Assembly (NCBI RefSeq): GCF_964355755.1
Contig: NC_092672.1
Span: 4,960,001-5,024,000, forward strand
DNA from: Antedon mediterranea
Lineage: Eukaryota; Animalia; Echinodermata
Reading direction: 5' to 3'
DNA: 64,000 nt
This document shows, one piece after another, positions 52,551 to 64,000 of the stretch. Below the pieces are notes generated by a model, which had not been told where the DNA came from, did not search any database, and saw nothing but the letters and a program-made list of their open reading frames with translations. Positions within the stretch are counted from its first letter, which is position 1. The number at the start of each line of letters is the position of its first letter. The position numbers and the translations under genes were made by a program.

Positions 52551-55500
52551 CAGGGTTTCATTGGCCTTTACTAGGGAGCTTTATATTTGCAACCTACGAC
52601 CTATGTTGTGTCTTCGGTCATCGTCTGGACCTATATGTAGTAGTAGAATCCACCAAACCACCATTTTTATGTGTTTTAATGCTGGTCAAATAAATAAACA
52701 AATTAAATGGCAACTTTGTAATACTAATAATAGGGAAAGATATATACAAAAAATGTTTGGGCTAGATTATAACAGCTTTTTTTTTTAAAGCCCTAGGCAA
52801 CATTTTTTTTCTACTACCTAGTCATTTTAATATGGAATATATCTATCATGAGATGACATAATCACATATTTTGATGGATTAACTGTCTGTTCTTGTAACC
52901 TGGATAACAAAAATACACATGTAACTAACTTGTTGGTTTTTTAAAACTATCAATCTAGTGTATTGAACTATTACATGTTATTTTAGTTAAGATAGACTAT
53001 TGATTTTTCTAGTTGTCTCTTGTGATTCGTAGAGTCTTCGGTAGTACAAACATTAATAGATAAATTATGCATACAACCTAATACAGGTTCATTAAGAAGC
53101 TATTGATAACTTAATTGAATCAAGATGAAAACAAAAACGAGCGGGTGTATGCTTGAGTTACTCGTTTTATTTGCACACATCAATTAGTACGCTCTGTAGC
53201 TGTTATTGATCCGGAGATAAAACGGTTATTGTATTGATGATTACGACTTGAATTCGATATAAACGTGTTTTGTGTGTTAGCCGAGAGTGGATGATTGTTG
53301 ATGCTTGTTAAGGTGATACATAATTTAATTTGATAATAGTAGTCTTTCTGCTCATGACAAAATATGTTTTCATAAGGAATAGATTTTGTAAACAAGTTAA
53401 AAAATCAATACACAGAGAAATGCAATTTGGTTTAAAGTAACATGATATTGGTTTATTTATTTATTCATAATATTTCACTAGCATGCTGCAATCAATCAAA
53501 TAGACTGACGCTAGTTTATTTTAATTTGAAATATTATAGATAAACACTTCAGAAAATTTCAAATTTACCATATTCAACTAGAAATCATTTTGATTTTGAA
53601 TAAGATCTTAATGAACCCCAGTATTAATAAGGTTTTCGTTTAATATTGATCATTTTTATGTTATTAATTAAATCTTGGACTTTAACATTGTTTATGTTAA
53701 ATAATTAGGATTTAAATTGAGATTTTTAGGAAGAAATAAATGTCAATGCTGAACTGGAAACTGAGAAAATTTGGATTTGGTCCTTAGCAAACACATGCTG
53801 GCCTGCAGTACACTGCCTACACAGATCAGACCAATTCCCTACTCTGTTTTATTAATAAGTTGTACATGTATTTTACATGGAGGAAAATTTAAATTGGGAT
53901 GAATCTTTCTTTCTTTTGAGTGAATGAAAAAAGACAATTTGAAATGGTTGTGATTTTGAATTAGCAAACTAACATCCAATTGAGTCTAGTATAGTACAGT
54001 ATAATCATCTGCCAAGATAGACTAAAGCCTGTGGCTTTTTGGATAATACTGACTTACTATGTATTGTCATAATCATTTTTTAGCCTCATTTTCTATCATT
54101 TGACATTTGGCAGATGTTCCGCACGACAAAGAATATCATTAAAATTGTTATTATGTTACAACCTCCCCATTGACATAATGAACTCTTCCGTTAGATAGAT
54201 CTCATTGTCGTTAACAGTAATAATATTGCAGTTTGATATTGCTAGACTCGCATGAGACTTGTTTGTGTATCTTGTGTACATTACAATTTTTATTGGAACT
54301 TTATTTAGGTCAGCGTTAATCATTTTGGAGGGGGAAAAAACATTTTAAATTTGCATTTAATTTGGATCAATATATGCAATTGAGAACTTATTAAATAAGG
54401 TACGTGTCTCATCTGATATTTAATCATAAAATAATTATTTATTTACTTGTGACTATCCACGTTTATTGATTATACATTGTTAATTTTTTTAAAGAAATGA
54501 ATTTATTAATAATTTTATCATAACTGCGATAGACCAATGCTAATGCTATGGTAGTGTATGTTATATTGAAAGTAGTGACTATGGTCGAAACATTTACACA
54601 TATCAATAAGTCAAAATTGGTCAGATTCATTTTGAAAGAAGAGGATATGGTCTGAATTGTAAATTTAACATATTATCATATTGGTTGGTATAGTTTAGAA
54701 GAGTGTGACAAAACCATTCAACCCCCCTCCCCCCAATATTTCTATTCTGTTCTAATGTTGAACATTGGACTAATTTACAGAAATTACAGACTGCAAACTG
54801 CCAACATCGTTATCAGGTGTTGCGATATAACCATGAAGCACTCGTAGTAAAGTATGCACAGCCGCTAGTATACATGTTATTTCTCAAGCCTAAGTGCTCA
54901 AATAATGACTATGTTAATATGACCAATGAAGATCTTTACTAAGTCAATATTGAAACAAGAAACTTTATCTCGTAAATTGGTAAGAAGCTAGGCAGGTCTA
55001 TTGTCCATGTCAAGTGGCTTGTACTTGCCTGTGATATTATCAATATTTTTGTAGCGTGATTTATTACTAAGTAATATTTATTATAAACAATTGTGATATC
55101 TTCATTACATGTATGGCGATTGACATCCCATTATAGGTTTTGATTCAACCTACTGGTGAATATTGTATGAGGTGTTCGCACGACAAATGAAAGGCTTTAA
55201 CCTTTGACCCTGACTAAATGTTACATAGTAACATTGAAGTTCATCAGTATCGGTACTGGCCAGTATCAAATCACATTCTGTGTGACATATATATCACATG
55301 TGATGCCTGTATATAGACCATAAGCCCTAACCTTAACTTAATACAGGTGTCACATGTGATAGATATATGACACTGTATTTACAGAATTTGCTTGGTACTA
55401 GACAAATAATGCTATACATGAGTCGAGAGAATCAGGTGTGGAAGGAGTTGCTGAATGAAATAATTAGTGTAGTTTCTAACATCTTAGTTTCACATAGCAC

Positions 55501-56628
55501 CTCAACAATCTCTCTCAACCTCGGCCCTCCTAAATATTGGTATTGCACCTGGAAAACTTTTCTACGTACATCATGGTGTATTACAAAATATTATATTTAG
55601 ATACTATCAGTCAAGCTGTGATAGAATACCCAATAGAAGCAGCTCCTAAGACAGTTTTTTTTTAAAATTATTATTTGATATTAAATATTACTCTTATTAC
55701 GTGTAAATTGTCATTGAATCACTTGTCCTTTCGATCTCAAATTTCTACGAGTATTCTCAAATTTCTTGTTCCAAACCTATCCAGCTTTTAATTTTATTTC
55801 TTTTTTTTTCCATTTCTTATCATCAGACACTTAATTGACGTCCATAATTAAGTGGAAATTAAATTGAAAATTGGTTTCTTTAACCTTAATTGATGGCATA
55901 TATTACGTTTAGTTTTCCAATCAATCAAATGTTACAAAATGATTAACGTCAACAAAACGGCTATTGTGACCACACGTTATCAACGCATGGACAACAACAC
56001 AAAAGCCTTAGGCTCTGCTATCCAGTTTCTCGTGTAATTTTCACTCTACGCTACGACAATAGGTCAAAAGGAAACCCTCGAGGACTTGTTCTTAATTGTG
56101 TATTTTGGATATCGGCGCTATGTAACCCTACACTAAATAACCACTTACCGTGAGTATCTGGTTACGTTGTTGGATGATGTTCACCCCGGCAATCGATATT
56201 TACGACCACAAAAGAAGTGTATAGATCAATTCATGTACTACACAAATACTTATATCTGTTATATGTTCATATTGAATTATAACATCACAAAGATTATATT
56301 TTGCCAGTCAATAATGTTCCTCTCTTTAGCACATTTTAAGCATCGATCGAAATTAGGCTAGGTAATGTGATATGTCTCCTGGTCTAAAAAAATATTGATA
56401 GAACTTAATTTGAAGAGAGATGGAAACGAGAGATAAGAATCATTGGAAGTTCTTTCGATAGATTTTACAATCATATAATCTGTTACTGTATGTTTATTAC
56501 TACTACTGTAATGCTGTATTGGGTATACAAATTACATGTTTTTTAAAGCCAGAAGTTAATAGTTGTGTGTAATGCATTTGCTAAAGTGGACTAGATGTAT
56601 TAATACACACAATAATTGTTATCTCATA

Positions 56629-56757
56629 CAGCTTTGTCTACATTATCAATCTTTATGTGACAAAAAAATGTGATGTGACCATACATGATGATGTCATATC
56701 ACTACCATATTTGGGTACATCACACTTTTTTTGTCATATTAGTTTGATAATGTCTGG
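56629..56757. mobile_element. MITE family A
   Basis: agctttgtctacattatcaa..gatgtcatatcactaccatatttggg..agtttgataatgt. Confidence 0.8.
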
Positions 56758-56857
56758 ATGGATGGAGCTAATAGAGTCCATTCAGCTGCCACTAAATGGC
56801 GCTCATATCAGTTCACACAGACAGGCGCTGCATTAGGTCTTGTACCTCCGGTTAAAT

Positions 56858-56952
56858 CTTGATTCCCACTGGGACGCAACGCAAGGACTTAAATGCAACG
56901 CAAGTAATTTGAACAATCACGACACGATGGATCATCTGAATTATCGCTTGTG
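56858..56952. mobile_element. MITE family D, left part
   Basis: ttgattcccactgggacgcaacgcaaggac..caatcac. Confidence 0.7.
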
Positions 56953-57102
56953 AAGGATGTGGGTGTAATGATGTTTGTTAATGTTTAATCATGTTTACAA
57001 AATGAAATTGTTACCAAAGTGCAGCATGTCAATACACACACCCACTCTGTGGATAATTTTTTATGGACTCTGGTCCAATAAAGAATGATGCCACTGCATA
57101 AG

Positions 57103-57392
57103 GGCATGTGGAACAGTGTGTTGGATGTTCGACTACTGATCGTGAGATCCAGGTTCAAATCCAACTCTTGCCGCATTGCTTCTATCAGGCAAGATACTTT
57201 ACTTCAAATTTGTCTCTCTCCACCCAGGTGTATAAATGGGAACCCGGTTGATCAAGACACACCTTTGCGCTGATTAAAGCTGCATTATGGGAGTATGTTT
57301 CCATACGTTTGTTATTTCCAAAACAACGACTGGGGTAATAATGTTCACAATATTGGGTGCTATGTAAATCCAGGATATTATTATTATTATAT
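57103..57392 (+). mobile_element. tRNA-derived SINE with CORE-like body and L2-type tail
   Basis: A-box gtggaacagtgtg, B-box ggttcaaatcc, ggcaagatacttta..ctctccacccaggtgtataaatggg, tail gtgctatgtaaat..(tat)n. Confidence 0.8.
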
Positions 57393-58367
57393 TTAAAAAA
57401 AAACAAATGCCCACACAATAGCTTCTCTTGAGGATTTCAATATTTCTTTATAAAATAAACAATATAGAAATAATATAATAATATAGAATCTGTTTATAAG
57501 TGTAATTAATAAGTTTAGTACATTCATATAAAGGATCATATTACACATTATAGTGCATTTCTTGAAAAGAGGTTCATGTTGTGCCTCCATATTTCAACCC
57601 TATATCAAGATTTTGAAATAAAGTAGATTTTTTAGGTGATCTGCACTAGGTCGATAACCTATTGTGATTGTTATAGACATTGCTAATAGACAATTTATCA
57701 ACAGTTATTTATTAGGGAGATTTCAAGTGGCCCTCTAGAACTTAGAATCATGTTAATTCATTGTGCGCATACATTAAAAAAAAAACCTGTCTGAGGTCGT
57801 TGGTCGTCACATATCAATTCTTTCCTTTTTCCCCACAATTTCTATTTTATTCTTTCAATTTTATTAATTCAGTTATCATTGGTATAATATTAATATTAAT
57901 CATTGTGACAGCTATTAGACTATTGATACAATAATTATCTTATCATATCTAGGGCCACGAACTTTTGATATAGACTTTGTTCAAGAGATTTTATCATAAT
58001 GTTACAGGTGTTCTGTGGTCAATTAGTGATACAGGACAAATAAAATAGGTATTATGCAAAATTATTGGTTTTAATATTAAAAAATAATATCCCCATTCCT
58101 AAATATCCACTTTTACACATTACAAGATTTTGTCAATTTTCATTGGTATTGTTACCTCCACAATGAAGGTTTGCTGGGTTTAGCAATACCCATTTTTATA
58201 AATCATAGTACCATCTATAGTATCGTACATATTTTCATGGTTAATATTGTTTGTGTCATATTGATTAAAGCAGTACATTTTTTTATGTAAACTTTGTCAC
58301 GTAGTTTAGAATTTAGAGTCATCATAATACTTTACATAATTTATTTGTAAGAACCAAATAAATTAAT

Positions 58368-58578
58368 TGGTATGATGATAGATGACAAATTTCGTTTTTG
58401 TAAAAGCACAAGTTAACGGAGTACTTACTCGAACGTTTCGATCCCTATCAGAGATCCTTCTCTGATAGGGATCGAAACGTTCGAGTAAGTACTCCATTAA
58501 CTTGTGCTTTTACAAAAACGAAATTTGTCATCTATACAAAATCGAAGCTAAATGAAATTCTTTCAATGGTATGATGAT
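58368..58578. mobile_element. Penelope-like short insertion: 77-bp near-perfect inverted repeat with a hammerhead remnant and 12-bp TSD
   Basis: Arms 58378-58454 and 58459-58535 (1 mismatch, loop TCCT); GATCTC-TGATA-GGGATC-GAAACGTT motif on the minus strand; direct repeat tggtatgatgat at 58368 and 58567. Confidence 0.75.
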
Positions 58579-58685
58579 GTCTTTATATAATTTTGATTAA
58601 TTTAAAACACCTAGATCTGGTCACCAACATAAAAGGACAACTAAAAATAATGACACAAAAAATATCTGTAGCTAATAGCGTACAA

Positions 58686-58903
58686 TGTTTACCAGCTAGG
58701 CCTACAAAACTAAGCCTTATGCCTAAAGACCGTCCATGAGAAGACATTCAACGCGAGCCTGAGCTACTTGAGAAGTGCATTGTTTTTTATCTTTATTGTA
58801 AATAACTATAAAAACGTACATACAAGGAATAACCTGGTTTTAATGTTTTTACAGTAATATATTATGCATTATATTTACGAAACGTCAAAAATTGTAGGGA
58901 ATG
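58686..58903 (-). mobile_element. Kolobok family B, older left-end fragment (inverted)
   Basis: Reverse complement of the family B 5' part (tgtttaccagctaggcctacaaaactaagcc..aaaacgtaca..aaaattgtagggaa). Confidence 0.8.
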
Positions 58904-59410
58904 TAGCTGTGAATTGTGATAATATTTGTACTTATTTTTGAAATGTATACAAATAATTGTTATTCTATTTTTGATTACTGTGAAAGGACGTTGTCATTTG
59001 GTAGATTGGTTCTCCTTTGTAAAGACTCTACATAGGATTATCTATAGCTTTTCATGATGGATAAGAAGATTACTACAGTTAGAAATACATAAATTAAATT
59101 TAAATTAGCAACAGCTTAATTTGCAGATGTTTGAAATAAGTATGAGTAACTTACCATGTTAATCAATAATTTATTTTACAATTCAGAGCATAAATATTAC
59201 AGTATTTTAATTTTGTTATGTGCAAGGAATAAATATTCAGTTGTTTAGGTTATTTCTGTAGAATATGTTTCTTTCACTGCATCAACTGAATGTTTTACAG
59301 TATGTTGAATGTACATGCTGTAAATGGTTCAGGGGCAGAAACATTACATTTGAGTAACCAGAGAAAAAAAGTACACACCAAAGTCTTATACTCTAATAAT
59401 GATGAAAAGA

Positions 59411-59774
59411 TTATACGGCTTTACCAGGTTGAAACACCGGTTCTCGTCAGATCACCGAAGTTAAGCGACGTTGGGCCTGGTTAGAGCTTGGATGGGAGAC
59501 CATCTGAGAAAAACGGGTGCTGTATACGGAGCTGGGGTCCCGTTAGGCATTTGAAATCAGCACTACTGATTCTTATGGCAGCCCCTGCATCTAGCATCTG
59601 CCTCATACCTCTGGTCAAGGTGGGCACTGGACGAGAGAAGCCCTTGATCAATCTTAGGACCAATCAAGGTGCTTTAAACAGTCCTGGCTTTGTTTGTATC
59701 AAACCTGTTAGTGGCGGTAATTATCGCTGTTGGTTTCGATTGAATAAAATAAAATAAAATAAAATAAAATAAAT
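59411..59774 (+). mobile_element. 5S rRNA-derived SINE (SINE3-like): ~117-bp 5S head, ~215-bp structured body, (AAAAT)n tail
   Basis: 59411-59527 follows metazoan 5S rRNA (tacggc..acaccggttctcgtc.gatcaccgaagttaagc..ttggatgggagacc..gggtgctgta); no oligo-T terminator after the head; A-rich repeat tail. Confidence 0.85.
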
Positions 59775-61003
59775 ATGATTTAAATGAGACAAGCCCCCTC
59801 TATTGCTAAAACATTACAAAATAAATATTAGTAATATTAATTTTTGCTCCTTATCAATAAATAATCATTTCTTGTAGTAAAATAAATGTTAGTTTCTTGT
59901 AGTAGTAGTAACTACTATTGGTCAAAGATGTTAAATCAATTTCAAACAATGATGATTTTTTTATAGACAGTATATCCACATTCTGCAGGTTTCATTTGAT
60001 CATGGTATATTATTTTGATTATAAAATTCAGATGTAACTGGGTTTGGTCAATTTAGTCAATAAACACAGCCATCCATCTATAGATGCACTGATAAAGAAA
60101 AGTCTGTCTATTATAATGTTATTATTATGTTATTATTTTTTTTATATTTTGTACATAATTTCCTTGTAAATAGGCCTATTGTTAAAACTTTTATTTTACT
60201 TACTCTGGTTGCACCTTCATTCAAGAAGTGTGCCACTGTTTCAAAAATGTAGCTTCCAATAAAATAGTATTATTATATTATAAGGCCCTTAAGACAAGAC
60301 TTTAGTTAGCAGAAAGATTAGAATTTGTTAGTAGTACAGCATTTGTTGGGTTTCTATATTATTAGCTACACCATACATTTAAATCTGACTTTAGTACTAT
60401 TCATCGTACTATGTTTTAGCATACGTGGTCCTTCACCTTCATAAATCCTCTTTCTAATTAAGTAGCTCGATCATAATGTTATACATGATAAAGCTCACTT
60501 TTACTGTACAATATATTCCACTGTGTATTCCTAATAAGCATTCCTAATTACGTCTCTTCTTTGCTAACTTTACACATCATTTCACTAGTTTGTTGTACTC
60601 AGTTCCAAATGCTTTGATTACACCTGAATTATGATACTTTTATAGACTGTTTATCTCATTGTACCACCATTAACCTACAGGGTCCTATTATAATTACTTC
60701 TTTGCCTTTGTAAACCCCCCTTCTTTGATTATGAATCATTATGACTGAATCAAACACATCACACATGGGATTAACAACCATCAGCCTGTGATTTGTTTCA
60801 TCTTTAGAGATGGTACATTAGTTTTCATCTCCCTAAGGAGTCATTACCGCAGTGTGATATACAACGAAATGTGCCTGACCGTTCACACATTACAGATATC
60901 ACTCCCTAGGTAGGTGTAAATGTTATGAACATTATTATAAGACTGCTATTGTAATTTGTATCATACTTTTTAGGTTTGTTATATTATGTAGTAATCTACG
61001 AAA

Positions 61004-61881
61004 TAGTTGAAAACTGTACAGAATAGTCCTTGTATATTTATAGTTGAAAACTGTACAGATAGTCCTTGTATTTATAGTTGAAAACTGCTGTACAGAATAG
61101 TCCTTGTATATTTATAGTTGAAAACTGTACAGAATAGTCCTTGTATATTTATAGTTGAAAACTGTACAGAATAGTCCTTGTATATTTATAGTTGAAAACT
61201 GTACAGATAATAGTCCTTGTATTTATAGTTGAAAACTGTACAGAATAGTCCTTGTATTTATAGTTGAAAACTGTACAGATAATAGTCCTTGTATATTTAT
61301 AGTTGAAAACTGTACAGATAATAGTCCTTGTATTTATAGTTGAAAACTGTACAGAATAGTCCTTGTATATTTATAGTTTAAAACTGTACAGAATAGTCCT
61401 TGTATTTATAGTTGAAAACTGTACAGAATAGTCCTTGTATATTTATAGTTGAAAACTGTACAGAATAGTCCTTGTATATTTATAGTTGAAAACTGTACAG
61501 AATAGTCCTTGTATATTTATAGTTGAAAACTGTACAGAATAGTCCTTGTATTTATAGTTGAAAACTGTACAGAATAGTCCTTGTATATTTATAGTTGAAA
61601 ACTGTACAGAATAGTCCTTGTATATTTATAGTTGAAAACTGTACAGAATAGTCCTTGTATATTTATAGTTGAAAACTGTACAGATAATAGTCCTTGTATT
61701 TATAGTTGAAAACTGTACAGAATAGTCCTTGTATATTTATAGTTGAAAACTGTACAGAATAGTCCTTGTATTTATAGTTGAAAACTGTACAGAATAGTCC
61801 TTGTATATTTATAGTTGAAAACTGTACAGAATAGTCCTTGTATATTTATAGTTGAAAACTGTACAGATAATAGTCCTTGTA
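61004..61881 (+). repeat. 35-39-bp minisatellite (consensus 37 bp), ~24 copies
   Basis: Unit tagttgaaaactgtacagaatagtccttgtatattta. Confidence 0.95.
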
Positions 61882-62839
61882 CATAATATTTCAATTCCAA
61901 TTAAAAATGTTATTAGATTTATGAAAACTGATGAGGGGGACAAGTAGCTGTACCAACTGTACCCATTTTTGTATAATATAGGCCTAATGTGAATTTGAAC
62001 TTTGACCCTTGATTTGTGTTAATATTAGTTGGTTTCTTTCGTTGAACTCAAGGATGATCCCATGTTTATTTTTCTATTTGTTATTATTTTAATGCACAAA
62101 TACAAAATACACATACACTCTATGCATGGAGTTTATTGTAATATTTTATACTTTATAAAATCATATTCCAACAAGTTCCATTCCAACAATAACAAACATA
62201 CATGTACTGTATACTCCTACAGTAGAGCAGATACTTTACACAGCAAAACATTATAATTATGCTCTCCTACTTTTGTAACATCTATTTCTCTCGCGTGTGA
62301 AAAACAGTTTTCAATGACATTTTTAAGGTTATAGACGATCTGTCAGAATGCGTAATCGTTGTAATTAATCGTAGATCCATCCACTTGCCAGATATCGTAT
62401 AGCTTGTGGCAGTCGGTACGAGTGGAGTATTACATACGGCATACAACTAATTGCCTCATCGCATGTTGGCTTTACTTCAACAGATATGTTGTAATCCACA
62501 TATGAACACAAGCTGATCAACAAGATTTACTGCAGTATTTAATAAATATAATTAGACTATAAACATTTGGAAAATCTTTACTGTAAAACATACATTATAT
62601 TCAGGGTATGACTGCGGAGGGAGGAGGGGGTTTGGTTGGAATAGCAGGTGTTACTACAGTAATACTAATTCGGTTCATGTACCGTACTGTATCATATGTA
62701 CTGTACTATGTATACCACTTTATGCCGAACATACTGTAGTATGAAATTATCTGGCCGAATTGTTTTCACCTTACCATAAATCAAAATTTAGATGTTCATA
62801 ATAGTATTATTAATATTATTGTAGATGAAGAACATAGTA

Positions 62840-62936
62840 CATCCTTCGAGACGAGTAGGGGTTACTCCAGTGTACTAGTGTACACACACAGCCACTGATC
62901 ATAACTGAGCCCTCTGGGAGACCAGTCTTTGACTGA
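62840..62936 (+). mobile_element. Probable SINE/LINE 3' fragment
   Basis: GC-richer block gagtaggggttactcc..gccctctgggagaccagtctttgactgaa with a small hairpin. Confidence 0.3.
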
Positions 62937-63325
62937 AAAAATATTTTAAAAATATTTTCATTTTTATACCTATTGTACCATACGTGACTTTTCTGGTTCT
63001 ATCCCTGGATTTAACTATTATCTTTATAGGTTTTAAACAATTATAGCTCTTTAATTATAATATAATATTATTATATCAAACACATAAAATGAGATTTAAT
63101 GACATCACTGTCCATTTCTAGATTCATCTCTAAAGGTAATCAAACGATTATGAATTATTATTATGTTATTATTACTGGTTTAGCACAGTTTTTAAAGTAA
63201 TAAAATTGACACTCTTTGGTATCTATATATGTAGTCCAGCAACTTTACCATTTACAATATGGCTTATCCCTTTCTATGGTAATTATTGCTGATGTTCTTT
63301 TCTAGAAACAATTTACAGTTGAACT

Positions 63326-63469
63326 TATATTGGTTCCCACTAGGACGCAACGCAAGGACATAAGCCGCAACGAAAGTGAATCTACCAATCACAAGCTTAC
63401 CCAACTGTCGCTTGTCTGCATTATAGCTTACGTCTGTAGGTTCCATCCTATACTAGTGGGAACCAAGCT
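63326..63469. mobile_element. MITE family D
   Basis: ttggttcccactaggacgcaacgcaaggac ... ctagtgggaaccaagct|taa. Confidence 0.85.
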
Positions 63470-63839
63470 TAAGAAGACACCTTAGAGACAAAGTGATCTA
63501 AAGGGTGTCGTTTGTATGGGTTGACCCGTTGTTTCTTATTGCTCGGTTCTATATCTGAACACAAAATACAAAAAATAATATATAAATACATAAAAAACAA
63601 AAAGATGGAAGGAAGAAAAAAAATAACAAGTTTGTAATTTATAGTTTAATAGTAAAAACATATATTGCACCATGTCCTCTTAATGGAATAGTGTCGCCTG
63701 AATAAGGGTTTCCCAGTGGAAGTTTATATTTTTTTAATTTGTTTATTTCATGCGCATCCAGCAGCGTAACTTGTCAAATACAGGATGGATTTAAACTATT
63801 TTATATTTATCGTGCTTATAAATTAAGTCAAATTTGAGG

Positions 63840-63950
63840 CTAGGGAGTGGAGTTGAAATAGTGATTCTGGCAGTGGCACTAGGTCAGGATTGAACCTTGG
63901 ACCTTAGGATTGGAAGGCATGCATGTTAACCACCAAGCTACAGCTCCACT
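63840..63950 (-). mobile_element. tRNA-derived SINE head (tRNA-Gly(TCC)-like)
   Basis: Reverse complement: gtagcttggtggttaacatgcatgccTTCCAatcctaaggtccaaggttcaatcct; the acceptor stem does not pair. Confidence 0.6.
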
Positions 63951-64000
63951 ACACATTTATATTGTAAGAGATTGTTTTATACTAGATTAGCAAGAATTAC

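Noticed and set aside
59290-59757. Functional 5S rRNA gene, and the three overlapping ORFs
   Set aside because: Multiple substitutions, no terminator, solitary and fused to a body with an A-rich tail; the ORFs are by-products of higher GC content.
63875-63950. Functional tRNA-Gly gene
   Set aside because: Acceptor and anticodon stems do not pair, and the flank is shared with another SINE-like copy.
38516-64000. Further AUTS2 exons
   Set aside because: No segment with an acceptor, an open AUTS2-like frame and a donor was recognised; small exons could have been missed by eye.

Overview
AT-rich, repeat-dense animal genomic DNA. It looks like a marine invertebrate, possibly a deuterostome such as an echinoderm, but the taxon is only an inference. 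Two protein-coding genes lie head-to-head at the left end. (1) On the minus strand, running off the window edge and therefore absent from the ORF track, is the first coding exon of a mitochondrial type II (alternative) NADH dehydrogenase, reading ...KLVILGTGWGGYSVLKNVNKKYYDVIVVS. (2) On the plus strand is an AUTS2/FBRSL1/tay-family gene, with exon 1 at 2586-2864, a 35.4-kb first intron and a probable exon 2 at 38293-38409; the rest of the window is apparently intron 2. The introns contain PIF/Harbinger-type and Kolobok-type MITEs, L2 LINE 3' fragments, tRNA-derived SINEs, a 5S-rRNA-derived SINE3-like element, a Penelope-like palindromic insertion with a hammerhead remnant and a TSD, and several minisatellites, some grown out of TE ends. 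Patterns the gene models do not explain: short insertions at TA sites that look like Tc1/mariner excision footprints, and a dispersed ~75-bp repeat carrying a U1-like ACTTACCTGG / CAG|GTAAG motif with orientation bias in the host intron. Almost all other ORFs in the track look spurious. No CRISPR or prokaryotic system is present.
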